From assembly GCA_965205105.1 (NCBI GenBank), contig OZ242034.1, forward strand, positions 1,649,613 to 1,713,612: a DNA stretch of 64,000 nt. The letters run 5' to 3'. The position numbers and the translations under genes were made by a program. Of the stretch, positions 43,978 through 53,901 are shown in pieces; the stretch's first letter is position 1, and the number at the start of each line of letters is the position of its first letter. This stretch comes from Dehalococcoidia bacterium (GTDB taxonomy: Bacteria > Chloroflexota > Dehalococcoidia > Bin125). Under the pieces are notes generated by a model. The model did not search any database. It was given only the letters and a program-made list of their open reading frames with translations, and had not been told where the DNA came from.

Positions 43978-46116
43978 CTATCCGGGCTGCCGCACCAGGC
44001 CGAGAAACTCCAGAATGCCGTCCGCCGTCGCCTGCGCGATCCGCTCCCGCGCGGCCGGATCGCGCAGGATGCGCGCGTCGTCCTCGTCCGTGATGTAGAG
44101 CAGCTCGAGCAGCGTCGTCGGCATCAGATTGCCCCGCACGATCTTGCCGGGGCCGATCTGCGTCTCCCGATCTATCAGATCGATCGGCCGATCGCCGCGC
44201 GTCAGTTCGCTCCTCCAGAGCCAGTCGTTGGACGGCGGCGCCCACGGATCGTCCGACAATCCGAGCGCGGCCGGATCCAGGCGCCAGCGCTGCGCGGCGT
44301 CGGCGTCGATCAGCAGAAACGGCGCCAGCACGTAAATCGGGTCACAGCGGCCGTCGACGATCTCCCAACAGGTCGCGTCGTAGCTCAGCGTCGTCGTCGG
44401 GTAGCCGTAGTCGGCGAGCGCGCCCCGCACGTGCGCGAGGATCGTGTCCGACAACCGCTGGTTCTCGCCGTCGCCGTTCCATCGGGGCAGATACCACGCT
44501 TCGAGGCCGCTGGCGGGCGTGTTGTAGTTCGCGTTCGAGTGAATCGAGACGAAGACATCGGCCCCGGCCAGATGCGCGAGTTCGGCGCGCACCCGGAGGT
44601 CGGCGCGCCGCATGACGCCGTCGAGGGCGTTGCCGGGGGTGTGATCGAGATTGAGGTACGGCCGACCCGCCGCGCGGCGCGTCTGCACCACGCTCACGCC
44701 TTCGGCCTCCAACAGCTCCTCGACGCGCAGCGCGAAGGCCAAATTCGAGTCGGCCTCGCGCACCCGATTGTCCCAGGCGCCCGTATCGACGCCGTGTCCG
44801 GCGTCGAGCGCGACGACGATCGCGCCATCCTCGATCCCGGCGGCCACGCCGGCCGCTTCGAGTTCCCGCGCCCAGCGCGGATCTTCCGATCCCGCCAGTT
44901 CGCGGGTGGGCCAAATCTGCGGCAGCGCCGGAGTCGGATCGGGCACCCTCAGCAGCGCCGGTCTGGAGACGGTCCAGTCGCCGCCGCTGTTCTTGACGCT
45001 CGCCTGCCAGCGAATCCGCTCCTCAGCCGTGCGGCCGCTCCAGGGCAAGACCAGGGTCTCGAAGCCTTGGGCTTGCACGGCGACAGAACCGATCCAGCGT
45101 TTCTCGGCGAACGACCAGATCGACGCGCGTCGGCCGTCGTTGGAGCGGAGCAGAAACTCCCAGTCGTCATCTTCGCCCTCACGGGCGCCGGCGCCGGGAT
45201 TGGTGTCGATCCAGACCCGCAGTCCGCTGTTCGCGCTGATCGGGCCCCACTCGCCGCTGAAGCGGAAGCGGGCTTCGCCCTCGCCCGACACGGCATCGAT
45301 TGAGCGGATCCGCAGCCTCGAGCTGAGACGCGGCGGCAGGCTCAGGTTGGGTTCCGGCGCGGAACCGAGGCGGGTCACGCCGAATGCGTAGCTGCCCAGC
45401 ATCCACGACTCGCGGCCCCGCACGGCGATCACCGCCAGGCCGTCGTCGCTGACCTCGATCAGATCGCTGAAGGCGTCGCCCTTGCGTCCCAACTCGCGAA
45501 ACGACTCGGCTGCGGGCTCGCGGACGCGCGCCGCCAGCGACGGCGCGGAACCGGTCAACGACCAGACCAGGTAGCGGTTGCCGGCGGCCACCGGGAACGC
45601 GAACCAGTCGACATCGCCGCCGTTGTCGATGCTCGAACGTTCGACCAGCGTCCCGTCGGCGGCGAACGCCGACAGCCTGGCGCTGGTCAGGTCAGCCCCG
45701 ATGACGTCCTGATGCTCCCCGATCATCAATCGATATTCGCCGACCGCCGATTGCCGCCCCGCCACCCGGACTCGCCAGGCGCCGCTCTGCGGAGCGGTCC
45801 AGATCAGCGGGACGCCGTCGGACGACGCCTGGGCGACCATGCGCGGCGGCGCCGCGCCCGCCGACGGCTTCCAGATCGACAGCGCCGACCTCGGCAGGGT
45901 GATGCGTTCCAGCGTGAGGGCATAGGTGCGCCCGGCCAGGGCGAAGAGCGGGTACCAGTCCACATCCTCGGCGCTGCCGATCGCGCCCTCGTGGCTCTCC
46001 GACTGTCCGACCTCGGCCGAGACCCGCTCGATCTCAGTCCCGAACGGTCCGGCCAGAGCGCTCAGGCACAGATATGCGAGCGCGCCGAGGAGCGCGATGC
46101 CGATCCTCGCTGTCAT
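43978..46116 (-). CDS. secreted N-acetylmuramoyl-L-alanine amidase with N-terminal PPC-like repeats
   Basis: ATG at 46116 gives MTARIGIALLGALAYLCLSALAG. There are two DVDW(Y/F)-containing modules. Amidase_3 motifs are VALDAGHG and FVSIHSNA. The remainder of track ORF 43978..47574 is antisense to the acyl-CoA dehydrogenase. Confidence 0.8.
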   Translation of the reverse strand: MTARIGIALLGALAYLCLSALAGPFGTEIERVSAEVGQSESHEGAIGSAEDVDWYPLFALAGRTYALTLERITLPRSALSIWKPSAGAAPPRMVAQASSDGVPLIWTAPQSGAWRVRVAGRQSAVGEYRLMIGEHQDVIGADLTSARLSAFAADGTLVERSSIDNGGDVDWFAFPVAAGNRYLVWSLTGSAPSLAARVREPAAESFRELGRKGDAFSDLIEVSDDGLAVIAVRGRESWMLGSYAFGVTRLGSAPEPNLSLPPRLSSRLRIRSIDAVSGEGEARFRFSGEWGPISANSGLRVWIDTNPGAGAREGEDDDWEFLLRSNDGRRASIWSFAEKRWIGSVAVQAQGFETLVLPWSGRTAEERIRWQASVKNSGGDWTVSRPALLRVPDPTPALPQIWPTRELAGSEDPRWARELEAAGVAAGIEDGAIVVALDAGHGVDTGAWDNRVREADSNLAFALRVEELLEAEGVSVVQTRRAAGRPYLNLDHTPGNALDGVMRRADLRVRAELAHLAGADVFVSIHSNANYNTPASGLEAWYLPRWNGDGENQRLSDTILAHVRGALADYGYPTTTLSYDATCWEIVDGRCDPIYVLAPFLLIDADAAQRWRLDPAALGLSDDPWAPPSNDWLWRSELTRGDRPIDLIDRETQIGPGKIVRGNLMPTTLLELLYITDEDDARILRDPAARERIAQATADGILEFLGLVRQPG

Positions 46117-46416
46117 CCTCGTTGTCCATGCGGATCCCCGCCGCACGGGACGCGCGGGCAGCCGATGATCCGGCTTCGCACCTCTCGTCAACGGGCCGGC
46201 GCCCGGCAAATTTTCACCGCACACCCCACGAGCATACCCGCGAGGTCGAACGCGAACGAAGCCTCCGCAAGTCGATCGGTAGCGCAATCGGCGAGTATCC
46301 GATAGTCTCATAAGCGCTGCGCGATGGCGCATGCGCGCGCACAAACCGTGCGTGAATTCGGATCGGACGCAATCAGCGGACCCGTCCAGGCAGGGCGGGC
46401 GCGATGGAGGATAGAC

Positions 46417-47547
46417 ATGGACCTCGGACTGACGGAAGAACAGGAACTGCTGAAGAATTTCGCCCGCGACTTCCTGACCAACGAGTGCACGGAAAAACTC
46501 GTGCGCGACATGGAAGAGGACGAGCGCGGCTACACCGATGATCTCTGGAACGGCATGGCCAACCAGGGCTGGATGGGGCTGATCACCGCCGAGGAACTCG
46601 GCGGCGCCGGCCTGACCTTCCTCGACCTCTGCGTGCTGCTGGAAGAGTTCGGCCGCGCGCTGGTGCCGGGACCGTTCATCAACACCGTGATCACGTCCGG
46701 GCTGGTCGAGGCCGTGGGATCGGACGAGCAGAAGCAGCAGTACTGCACCGCGGTCGCGGCCGGTCAGCACGTGATCACGTTCGCGTTGACCGAACCGTCC
46801 GCCCGCTTCGACAGCGCCGGCATCGAGACGACCTACACGGCCGACGGCGACGGGTACGTGCTCAACGGCGTCAAGCTGTTCGTCCCCGACGCGCACGTCA
46901 GCGACACGATCGTCGTCGCCGCCCGCGCCGCAGGCTCCCAGGGCGACGACGGCGTCTCGATGTTCCTCGTGCCGGGCAACGCCGAGGGGCTCTCGACCAC
47001 CGTCCTGCAGACCATCGCCGCCGACAAGCAGTGCGAGGTCAGGCTGGAGAACGTCCGCGTGGCCGGCGGCGCGCTGCTCGGCCCCGAGGGCGGCGCCTGG
47101 CCGATCATCGAGATCGCCAAGCGCTACTACACCGTCGCCTACTGCGCCTACCTGGTCGGTCTGGCGCAGCGCGACTTCGAGATCTCGGTTGACTACGCCA
47201 AGGAGCGCATCCAGTTCGGCCGCCCGATCGGCTCCTTCCAGGCGATCCAGCACAAGGCGGCGGACATGATCACCGATGTCGACGGCTCGCGCTTCATCAT
47301 GTACCGCGCCGCCTGGGCCGTGACCGAGAACGAAGACGACGCCGACCTGCAGGTCGCCATGGCCAAGGCCTGGTGCTCCGACGCGACCCGCCGGGTCGTC
47401 GCCCACGGCCAGCAGATCCACGGCGGCATCGGCTTCACCAAGGAGTACATCATCCAGCTCTACTTCCGCCGTCAGAAGATGGCCGAGCTGATGTGGGGCG
47501 ACGCCGACCATCACCGCGAGAAAGTCGCCGACCTGCTCGGCATCTAA
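46417..47547 (+). CDS. acyl-CoA dehydrogenase
   Basis: ATG at 46417 gives MDLGLTEEQELLKNFARDF. Contains ERIQFGRPIGSFQAIQHKAADM and QIHGGIGFTKEY. Confidence 0.9.
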   Translation: MDLGLTEEQELLKNFARDFLTNECTEKLVRDMEEDERGYTDDLWNGMANQGWMGLITAEELGGAGLTFLDLCVLLEEFGRALVPGPFINTVITSGLVEAVGSDEQKQQYCTAVAAGQHVITFALTEPSARFDSAGIETTYTADGDGYVLNGVKLFVPDAHVSDTIVVAARAAGSQGDDGVSMFLVPGNAEGLSTTVLQTIAADKQCEVRLENVRVAGGALLGPEGGAWPIIEIAKRYYTVAYCAYLVGLAQRDFEISVDYAKERIQFGRPIGSFQAIQHKAADMITDVDGSRFIMYRAAWAVTENEDDADLQVAMAKAWCSDATRRVVAHGQQIHGGIGFTKEYIIQLYFRRQKMAELMWGDADHHREKVADLLGI

Positions 47548-47581
47548 CCGCGCCGCCAGGCACGCCGCTCGCAAGAGTCAC

Positions 47582-47624
47582 AGCGGGGCGTCTTCCTTCG
47601 CGAAGGCGCCCCGCTCGTTTCTCT
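47582..47624 (+). terminator. intrinsic-terminator-like hairpin
   Basis: The arms are agcggggcg (47582..47590) and cgccccgct (47607..47615), with an inner ccttcgcgaagg palindrome. It is followed by cgtttctctc. Confidence 0.5.
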
Positions 47625-47648
47625 CAGCCGCCGATAGCCGGAGCGCCC

Positions 47649-47867
47649 TCAGTCAGGCGAATCGATCCGCGATCGCTTGCGCAGAAACCAGGCGCCGATC
47701 AGCAAGCCAACCGCACCCAGCGCCGCGGACACGATGATCGCCGCGATCCAGGTCCAGAGCGGCGCCGAGTAACGGCTCTGCGAGGCGGCCAGCGCGTCCG
47801 CCAGCGCCGGCGACGCGCCCGCCAACCACACGACGACCGTCGCAGCCGCGCCCAACAGGCGGAGCAT
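47649..47867 (-). CDS. small hypothetical protein with signal-like N-terminus and C-terminal TM anchor
   Basis: Starts MLRLLGAAATVVVWLAGASPALA and contains WIAAIIVSAALGAVGLLIGAWFL. The start was chosen to avoid overlap with the divergent gene. Support is weak. Confidence 0.3.
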   Translation of the reverse strand: MLRLLGAAATVVVWLAGASPALADALAASQSRYSAPLWTWIAAIIVSAALGAVGLLIGAWFLRKRSRIDSPD

Positions 47868-47955
47868 CCGATAGCCTCTCAACATGGCGCGCAGACGACG
47901 ACGGCGGCCCGCGCAAGCGTCCGCATCAACCCAGCCGACCACACGCTCATCCATC

Positions 47956-48498
47956 GTGCGGCTTTCCTTCCCGAATCAGGATACGCTGCGCCTGCGCACG
48001 TTCTGGTCGCCGCTGCCCAACTGGGCGTACGGCGCGATTCCGGCCGCGATCACCGCCCTGATCGCGCTCGCCGCCTTCGGCGGCGACGATCCGTTGGGCG
48101 CCGCCATCATCGGACTGGTCGCGGGTTATTTCGGCGGCGGCGTTCTCTGGGCGATCCTCGGCGTGGTCGGCGGCGACGTGCTCGAGATCGATTTCGACCT
48201 CTCCGATGACATCGCGCGCGTCCGACAATCGATCCTCTGGCTAATCCGCCGCCAGTGGGACTTCGACCTCTACGACGTCGAGGCGATCACCATGACCGAG
48301 CGCCGGACCCGGCCGCTGCTGCTGCAGTTTGGCGGCTCGCATAGCGCGCACCTCGCCTTCGCCGACGGCAACCGAATGCGGATCGCCCGCTTCCCGACGC
48401 ATCAGGAAACGCTCGATCTGGCGCGCGCGGTCTCCGACTTCATCGGCGTGGAGCTGCAGCGCGACCAGGCGGATGACGGGCGTCGAGGCCGTCGATGA
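47956..48498 (+). CDS. hypothetical membrane protein, translationally coupled to the following HD-domain gene
   Basis: GTG at 47956. Has two TM helices (GAIPAAITALIALAAF, IIGLVAGYFGGGVLWAILGVV). Its stop overlaps the next ATG as ATGA at 48495. Confidence 0.4.
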   Translation: MRLSFPNQDTLRLRTFWSPLPNWAYGAIPAAITALIALAAFGGDDPLGAAIIGLVAGYFGGGVLWAILGVVGGDVLEIDFDLSDDIARVRQSILWLIRRQWDFDLYDVEAITMTERRTRPLLLQFGGSHSAHLAFADGNRMRIARFPTHQETLDLARAVSDFIGVELQRDQADDGRRGRR

Positions 48499-49091
48499 GT
48501 GCGACCGCCACCGACGCCGAAACGATCCGCGCGCGGTTCGCGGGCGACATGCGCGAGCGGCCAGGTAAGTTTCGGCGGCACGTCGAGCGGGTGGAGCGGG
48601 AAGCGCGGCGGCTGGCGGCGATCCACGAGCTGGATCGCGACGTCTGCGCCGCTGCCGCTGCCGGACACGACCTCTTCCGACACTGCGGCGACGACCAGCT
48701 GCTGGCGCTCGCCCGCCACTATCGGGTTCCGATCGGCGAAGACGATGAACGCGCGCCGATCCTCCTGCACGGCCCGCTGGCGAGCGCATATGCCCGAGCG
48801 GCGCTCGGCGTCGAGCATGACCTGATCCTGGACACCATCGCCTATCACACCACCGCGCACCCCGACTACGCGCCCGAGTCGCTGGCCGTCTTCCTGGCCG
48901 ACAAGATCGAGCCGGAGAAGGCGCGCCGCGATCCCGGACTGGCGGCCGTCGCCGCAACCGCCGAGCAGGATCTCTACGCTGCCGCGGCGCTGTTCCTGGA
49001 GCGGCGTCTGGCGTCGCAACTCAGCAGTGGACAATCCCTGCATCCGCTGGCCGTCGCCAGCCGCAACGCATTCCTGCGGCGCCTGCACTGA
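48495..49091 (+). CDS. HD-domain phosphohydrolase, YqeK-like
   Basis: 198 aa. Contains [13 protein letters not shown]...AAGHDLFRH, and its size and layout fit YqeK-type HD proteins. Confidence 0.65.
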   Translation: MSATATDAETIRARFAGDMRERPGKFRRHVERVEREARRLAAIHELDRDVCAAAAAGHDLFRHCGDDQLLALARHYRVPIGEDDERAPILLHGPLASAYARAALGVEHDLILDTIAYHTTAHPDYAPESLAVFLADKIEPEKARRDPGLAAVAATAEQDLYAAAALFLERRLASQLSSGQSLHPLAVASRNAFLRRLH

Positions 49092-49096
49092 CTGGG

Positions 49097-50203
49097 ATGA
49101 CCGCGATGACGACAGCGGATGAATCGGATCAGCCGGCGCCCGGCATCGACGAGGAGGGCGCAGCCGCCGGTCGGCTGATCGACGCGGCCGAGCCCGATCA
49201 CGACGCGCCCGACCCCGCGCTGCGCCCCACGCGGCTGGAAGAATTTGTCGGCCAAACGACGGTGCACGCGGCGATCCGCATCGCCGTCGACGCCGCCCGG
49301 CAGCGCCGCGAGGCGCTCGATCACCTGCTGCTCTACGGACCGCCCGGACTGGGCAAGACCACGCTGGCGCGGATTGTCGCCCGCGAGCTGGGCGTCAACC
49401 TGCGGCCGACCAGCGGCCCGGCGATCCAGCGCGCCGGCGACATCGCCGCCATTCTGACCACGATGCAGACGCACGACGTGCTGTTCATCGACGAAATCCA
49501 CCGCGTGCCGCGCTCGGCCGAGGAAGTGCTCTACTCGGCCATGGAGGATTTCCAGCTGTTCATGATGATCGGCAGCGGCCCCGCCGCTCGCAGCGTGCAG
49601 CTCTCGGTCAAGCCGTTCACGCTGATCGGCGCCACGACCCGCTACGCGATGATCTCGCCCCCGCTGCGAGACCGCTTCGGCATGGTTCAGCGGCTCGATT
49701 TCTACAGCGTCGAGGAACTCGAACAGGTCGTCGAACGCTCGGCGGCGGCGCTCGAGGTCGAGCTGGCGGCGGGCGGGGCGCGCACGCTGGCCGAACGCGC
49801 TCGAGGCACGCCGCGCATCGCCAACCGACTGCTGCGCCGCGTCCGCGACTACGCCGAAGTCCGCGCCGACGGCACAGTCACCAGCCAGGTCGCCGACGAG
49901 GCGCTGCGCGCCCTGCGGGTCGACGCGCTTGGGCTGGACGAACATGATCGCAACCTGCTGCGCGCGCTGATCGAGGGATTCAACGGCGGCCCGGTCGGTC
50001 TGGACACGCTCGCCGCCGCCGTCGCCGAGGACGCCGATACCGTGATGGACGTCTACGAGCCCTACCTGATTCAGCTCGGCTTTCTGGCTCGCACCCCGCG
50101 CGGACGGGTCGCCATGCCCGCCGCCTGGACCCATCTGGGGCTGACCCCGCAAGCGGCGGCGGATCAGCCAACCCTGTTCGACGACGCGGCGGGCGAACCC
50201 TAG
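49097..50203 (+). CDS. ruvB: Holliday junction branch-migration helicase RuvB
   Basis: Contains [12 protein letters not shown], the Walker A motif [23 protein letters not shown] and [17 protein letters not shown]. Confidence 0.95.
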   Translation: MTAMTTADESDQPAPGIDEEGAAAGRLIDAAEPDHDAPDPALRPTRLEEFVGQTTVHAAIRIAVDAARQRREALDHLLLYGPPGLGKTTLARIVARELGVNLRPTSGPAIQRAGDIAAILTTMQTHDVLFIDEIHRVPRSAEEVLYSAMEDFQLFMMIGSGPAARSVQLSVKPFTLIGATTRYAMISPPLRDRFGMVQRLDFYSVEELEQVVERSAAALEVELAAGGARTLAERARGTPRIANRLLRRVRDYAEVRADGTVTSQVADEALRALRVDALGLDEHDRNLLRALIEGFNGGPVGLDTLAAAVAEDADTVMDVYEPYLIQLGFLARTPRGRVAMPAAWTHLGLTPQAAADQPTLFDDAAGEP

Positions 50204-51060
50204 CCTCGCTCCAGACGGTCGCCGCAGCCGCTGCAAAATCCGGCCTCAGCGCGATTCCGGCGGCCGCAGTTGCCGCACCAGAGCGGCGCGTTGAGCGATG
50301 CCAACACCAACCCGCAGCCGCCGCAGAAACGGGCGGCGACGCTGACCCGACGCCCGCAGCGCGGACAACCAATCTGCGGATAGTTGCGCCGCAGTCGGAA
50401 AGGCGACGCGCGGCGCGCCTGGCGCAGTCGCCGCAACACCCACCACAATCCCGCCGCGATGATCAACAGGCCCGCCCACCAGGCGGCCGTCACCGCGACA
50501 TTGAACAGTCCGTGCACGATCGCCGCTGCGGCCAGACCGAGCGGCAGCCCGAAGCGGCTCGCGGCGCCCGCCTGCGCGCGCCGTCCCAACGCCTCGCCCC
50601 AGAAACTGGCGAAGACGACATGGCCCAACGTGCTCAGCGGCGCGCGGAGCAGCATCACCGCCGGGCCAAAGGCGGCGATGTAGCCCACGTTCTCGAGCGA
50701 CGCGAAGCCCAGGCTCGCCGCCGCCGCGAGGATCAGCCCGTCCGACGGCTCGTCGAAGTACGCGCTGCGGAAGGCGTAGAGCCGCACGGCGAGGAACTTG
50801 CATGTCTCCTCGACAGGGCCCACCACCAACAGCATGGCTGCCGCCGCCGAGAGCGGCTCAACCGTGTCAATATCGAGCTCGCTGAGGCCGAAGATCACGA
50901 TCTCCAGCACGCCGGCGGGAATCGTTGCGGCGATGCCGAGCGCAAAGGTGATCAACAACACCCGCCGCGGCGTGGGTCGATAGCCGTCGCGGCGGCGAAA
51001 GAACCAGAGCCAGAACAGACCCGGCGCAAAGCCCAGCGCAAACGCCAGCAGCGCCGACAT
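50200..51060 (-). CDS. PrsW-family intramembrane metalloprotease fused to a C-terminal double zinc ribbon
   Basis: Contains GPVEETCKF (EExxK), HVVFASFWG and HGLFN. The C-terminus is CPRCGRRV...CGGCG...CGNCGRRN...CSGCG. Confidence 0.8.
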   Translation of the reverse strand: MSALLAFALGFAPGLFWLWFFRRRDGYRPTPRRVLLITFALGIAATIPAGVLEIVIFGLSELDIDTVEPLSAAAAMLLVVGPVEETCKFLAVRLYAFRSAYFDEPSDGLILAAAASLGFASLENVGYIAAFGPAVMLLRAPLSTLGHVVFASFWGEALGRRAQAGAASRFGLPLGLAAAAIVHGLFNVAVTAAWWAGLLIIAAGLWWVLRRLRQARRASPFRLRRNYPQIGCPRCGRRVSVAARFCGGCGLVLASLNAPLWCGNCGRRNRAEAGFCSGCGDRLERG

Positions 51061-51066
51061 TCGCGG

Positions 51067-51858
51067 TCAGCGATCCCGATAAACGACGACCGTATCGCAG
51101 ATCAGATCGTGTAACGCCCGCTTGTCGTCGCGGAACCCGATCATGATAAACCCGCCATAGAGCAACAGCGCCGATGGAATGTACGCCAGCCAACGAGCAA
51201 CGGCCCGAAGGAAGCTGATCCTTGAACCATCCCGACGCAGAACGTAGGCGCCAATCGTCCGCTTGCCGATCGTAGTCGACCACCCAGCAACCCCGATCGT
51301 GTAGTACAGAATGCCAATCGGAGCGGTGGCCCAGAAGGCGATCGGATCGAACCCGGGGCCACCCCCGCTCGCAAGCGCCAGTCCCACGCTTGCCACGATG
51401 ACATTGAGTACTCCGACAACCACCGAATCGACGATCCAGGCAAACAGCCGCGCCCAGAACCCCACCGGTCTCAAGCCAGCCGCGAACCCGCTGCCCGGCG
51501 AGAAGCGCGCGCCGGCGATCGTATCCCTGTCGAACGGCAGGCCGCAGGAAAAGCAGTACTGCGAACCGGGCTCGCTGACCGACTCGCAGCGCGGGCACGT
51601 CACACTCGGCGCGTTGGGCATCGACGGATCGCGCCGCGGGCCGCGACCCCAGCCGAGCGGCTCGCCCGGCCCGCTCGGTTCAGCCGACAGGCGTGCGCCG
51701 CATTGCGCGCAGTAGACGCTGCCGTACGGGTTCATCTCCTGACAGGACGGACACCGCTCCCGCAGCCGCGCGCCGCAGGCGTTGCAGAACGCGGCGTCGC
51801 CGGGAACGGCCGCGCCGCAGCGCTCGCAGGCAGACCCGGACGCGCCCCGCTGGACCAT
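51067..51858 (-). CDS. RDD-family membrane protein fused to N-terminal zinc ribbons
   Basis: Three CxxC...CxxC modules (CERCG..CNACG, CPSCQ..CAQCG, CPRCE..CFSCG) are followed by the RDD core (FWARLFAWIVDSVVV, RALHDLICDTVVV). Confidence 0.8.
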   Translation of the reverse strand: MVQRGASGSACERCGAAVPGDAAFCNACGARLRERCPSCQEMNPYGSVYCAQCGARLSAEPSGPGEPLGWGRGPRRDPSMPNAPSVTCPRCESVSEPGSQYCFSCGLPFDRDTIAGARFSPGSGFAAGLRPVGFWARLFAWIVDSVVVGVLNVIVASVGLALASGGGPGFDPIAFWATAPIGILYYTIGVAGWSTTIGKRTIGAYVLRRDGSRISFLRAVARWLAYIPSALLLYGGFIMIGFRDDKRALHDLICDTVVVYRDR

Positions 51859-51887
51859 GCCGCCTCCGCTGATGCCGATACGCGCAG

Positions 51888-53900
51888 CTAATCGACCGTG
51901 ACTGCCGGCTCGGCCTGCCCCGCCGCCGCGCCGGCGCCATGCGTCCCGTTGCGGCCGTTGGCGTTGGTCCGCTCCCGCATCCGGTCCAGCACCGCCAACG
52001 CCGCGTCCTCATCGAACTCCACCGACTCCTGCGCCGCGTACATCATCCGATACAACTTGGAGTAGTAGCCGTCCATCTGCAATAGCTCGTCGTGGGTTCC
52101 CTGCTCCATAATTCGGCCGTACTCGAGCACGATAATTCGGTCGACCGCGCGAATCGTCGAGAGGCGGTGCGCGATCACGAACGCCGTGCGGCCCTTCAGC
52201 ACGCGGGCGATCGCCTGCTGAATCAGCGCCTCGGTCTGCGAGTCCACGTTGGCGGTCGCCTCATCGAGGATCAGAATGCGCGGATCGCTCAGAATCGCGC
52301 GGGCGAACGCGACCAGCTGGCGCTGGCCGATGGACAGGTTCTGCGCCCGCTCGGCCAGCGGCGTGTCGTAAGCCTGCGGCAGCCGCTCGATCCACTCGTC
52401 CGCGCCCACGACTTTGGCGGCGGCGATCGCCTGCTCGCGCGTCGCCTCCAGATTTCCGTACCTGATGTTGTCCAGCACCGTGCCCGAGAACAGGAACGGA
52501 TCCTGCAAGACCACACCGACCCGATGCACCAGCGACGCCCGGGTCAGCTCCCGCACATCGTGTCCGTCGATCCGCACCGCGCCCTCGGTCACCTCGTAGT
52601 TGCGCGTGATCAGCGAGGTGATCGACGTCTTCCCCGCCCCCGTCTCGCCGACCAACGCCACCGTCTCGCCCGGCTGAACCTCCAGATCGAGATCGAACAG
52701 CACCCGCACGCCGTCCACGTATTCGAGCGAGACTTGATCGAAGCGGACGTGGCCGGCGATGTCCGACAGATCGCGGGCGTCGGGCGCGTCCTCGATTTCT
52801 GGTTCCGTGTCCAGCACCTCGAACACCCGCTCGGCCCCAGCCATCGCGCGCTGGAACATGGTGTACTGCAACACCAGGTCGCGGACGGGATCGAAGAAGC
52901 GTTGAATGCCGATCGCGAAGGCTATGATCGCCGCCACGCCGGCCGCCTCGTCGAGGTTGCCGCCACTGAGCCGCGCCGCGGCGACCACGATGATCAGCGC
53001 CGTCGCCAGCGCGATCAGGATTTCGACCAGCGGCATGATCGCGGCCGAGAGCAGACCCGCGCGTCGCGTCGCCCGCAGGTTCCAGTTGTTGATCCGGTCG
53101 AAACGCTTCGCGTTCTCCGACTCGCGGTTGAGACTCTGCACGACGCGCACGCCGTTCAGATCCTCGTTCAGGGTCGAGTTAACCGCCGCGATGGCGACGC
53201 GCGTTTCCAGGAACGCGCGCCGCGCCCGCTTGCTCCAGAACGCCATTGAGACGATCAGGATCGGCAGCACGGCGAAGGCGACCAGCGCCAGCTGCCAGTC
53301 GATGTAGAGCATCACGCCCATAATGATCGCCAGCCCGAAGATGTCGCCGATCACGGTCAACACGCCCGAGGTGAGCATCTCCTGCAGCACCTGCACGTCC
53401 GAGGTGACGCGCGACATGATCGCGCCGACTTCGCCGCGGTCGTAGAAGCGATGCTCCAGGCGCATCAGATGATCGAAGACCTCCTGCCGCATCCGCCTGA
53501 GAATCGGATGCCCCACGTTGGCCATCAACCACTGGCGCGTGAACTCCGACGCCCACGAGACGATGATGATCACGGCGAAGTAGATCGCGATCTCGTCGAG
53601 CTGCGAGAGCACCCCGTTCTCCAGCGCGCCCTGCAGCGCCTCGTAGACAACCAGCACCTGGATGTTGAAGGCGACCGCGAAGATCACGTTGGCGATGATC
53701 GCAGCCGTCAGCCGATGCCGGTGCGGCCCGATGTAGCGGCCGAAGCGGCGCACCAGCTGCGGGTTGTAGAGCGCGCCGTACTCTTTGTCCCAACCGTCGG
53801 CCATCGAGGCGGACGAGGCCCAGGCGCTGCGCGGCCCATGCCCGCCGCCGCCGATGTTGGAGGACCAACCGCCGGCCATCCCACCGCCCATCATGCCCAT
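51888..53900 (-). CDS. ABC exporter, fused permease/ATPase
   Basis: ATG at 53900, one nt after the upstream stop. Has 6-TM region, the Walker A motif GETGAGKTS, the signature LSIGQRQ and ILILDEATA. Confidence 0.9.
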   Translation of the reverse strand: MGMMGGGMAGGWSSNIGGGGHGPRSAWASSASMADGWDKEYGALYNPQLVRRFGRYIGPHRHRLTAAIIANVIFAVAFNIQVLVVYEALQGALENGVLSQLDEIAIYFAVIIIVSWASEFTRQWLMANVGHPILRRMRQEVFDHLMRLEHRFYDRGEVGAIMSRVTSDVQVLQEMLTSGVLTVIGDIFGLAIIMGVMLYIDWQLALVAFAVLPILIVSMAFWSKRARRAFLETRVAIAAVNSTLNEDLNGVRVVQSLNRESENAKRFDRINNWNLRATRRAGLLSAAIMPLVEILIALATALIIVVAAARLSGGNLDEAAGVAAIIAFAIGIQRFFDPVRDLVLQYTMFQRAMAGAERVFEVLDTEPEIEDAPDARDLSDIAGHVRFDQVSLEYVDGVRVLFDLDLEVQPGETVALVGETGAGKTSITSLITRNYEVTEGAVRIDGHDVRELTRASLVHRVGVVLQDPFLFSGTVLDNIRYGNLEATREQAIAAAKVVGADEWIERLPQAYDTPLAERAQNLSIGQRQLVAFARAILSDPRILILDEATANVDSQTEALIQQAIARVLKGRTAFVIAHRLSTIRAVDRIIVLEYGRIMEQGTHDELLQMDGYYSKLYRMMYAAQESVEFDEDAALAVLDRMRERTNANGRNGTHGAGAAAGQAEPAVTVD

Positions 53901-53901
53901 C

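Noticed and set aside
46117-47574. N-terminal 486 codons of track ORF 43978..47574 (would give an 1198-aa protein)
   Set aside because: This part is antisense to a well-supported acyl-CoA dehydrogenase and has low-complexity composition. The amidase has its own ATG and signal peptide at 46116.
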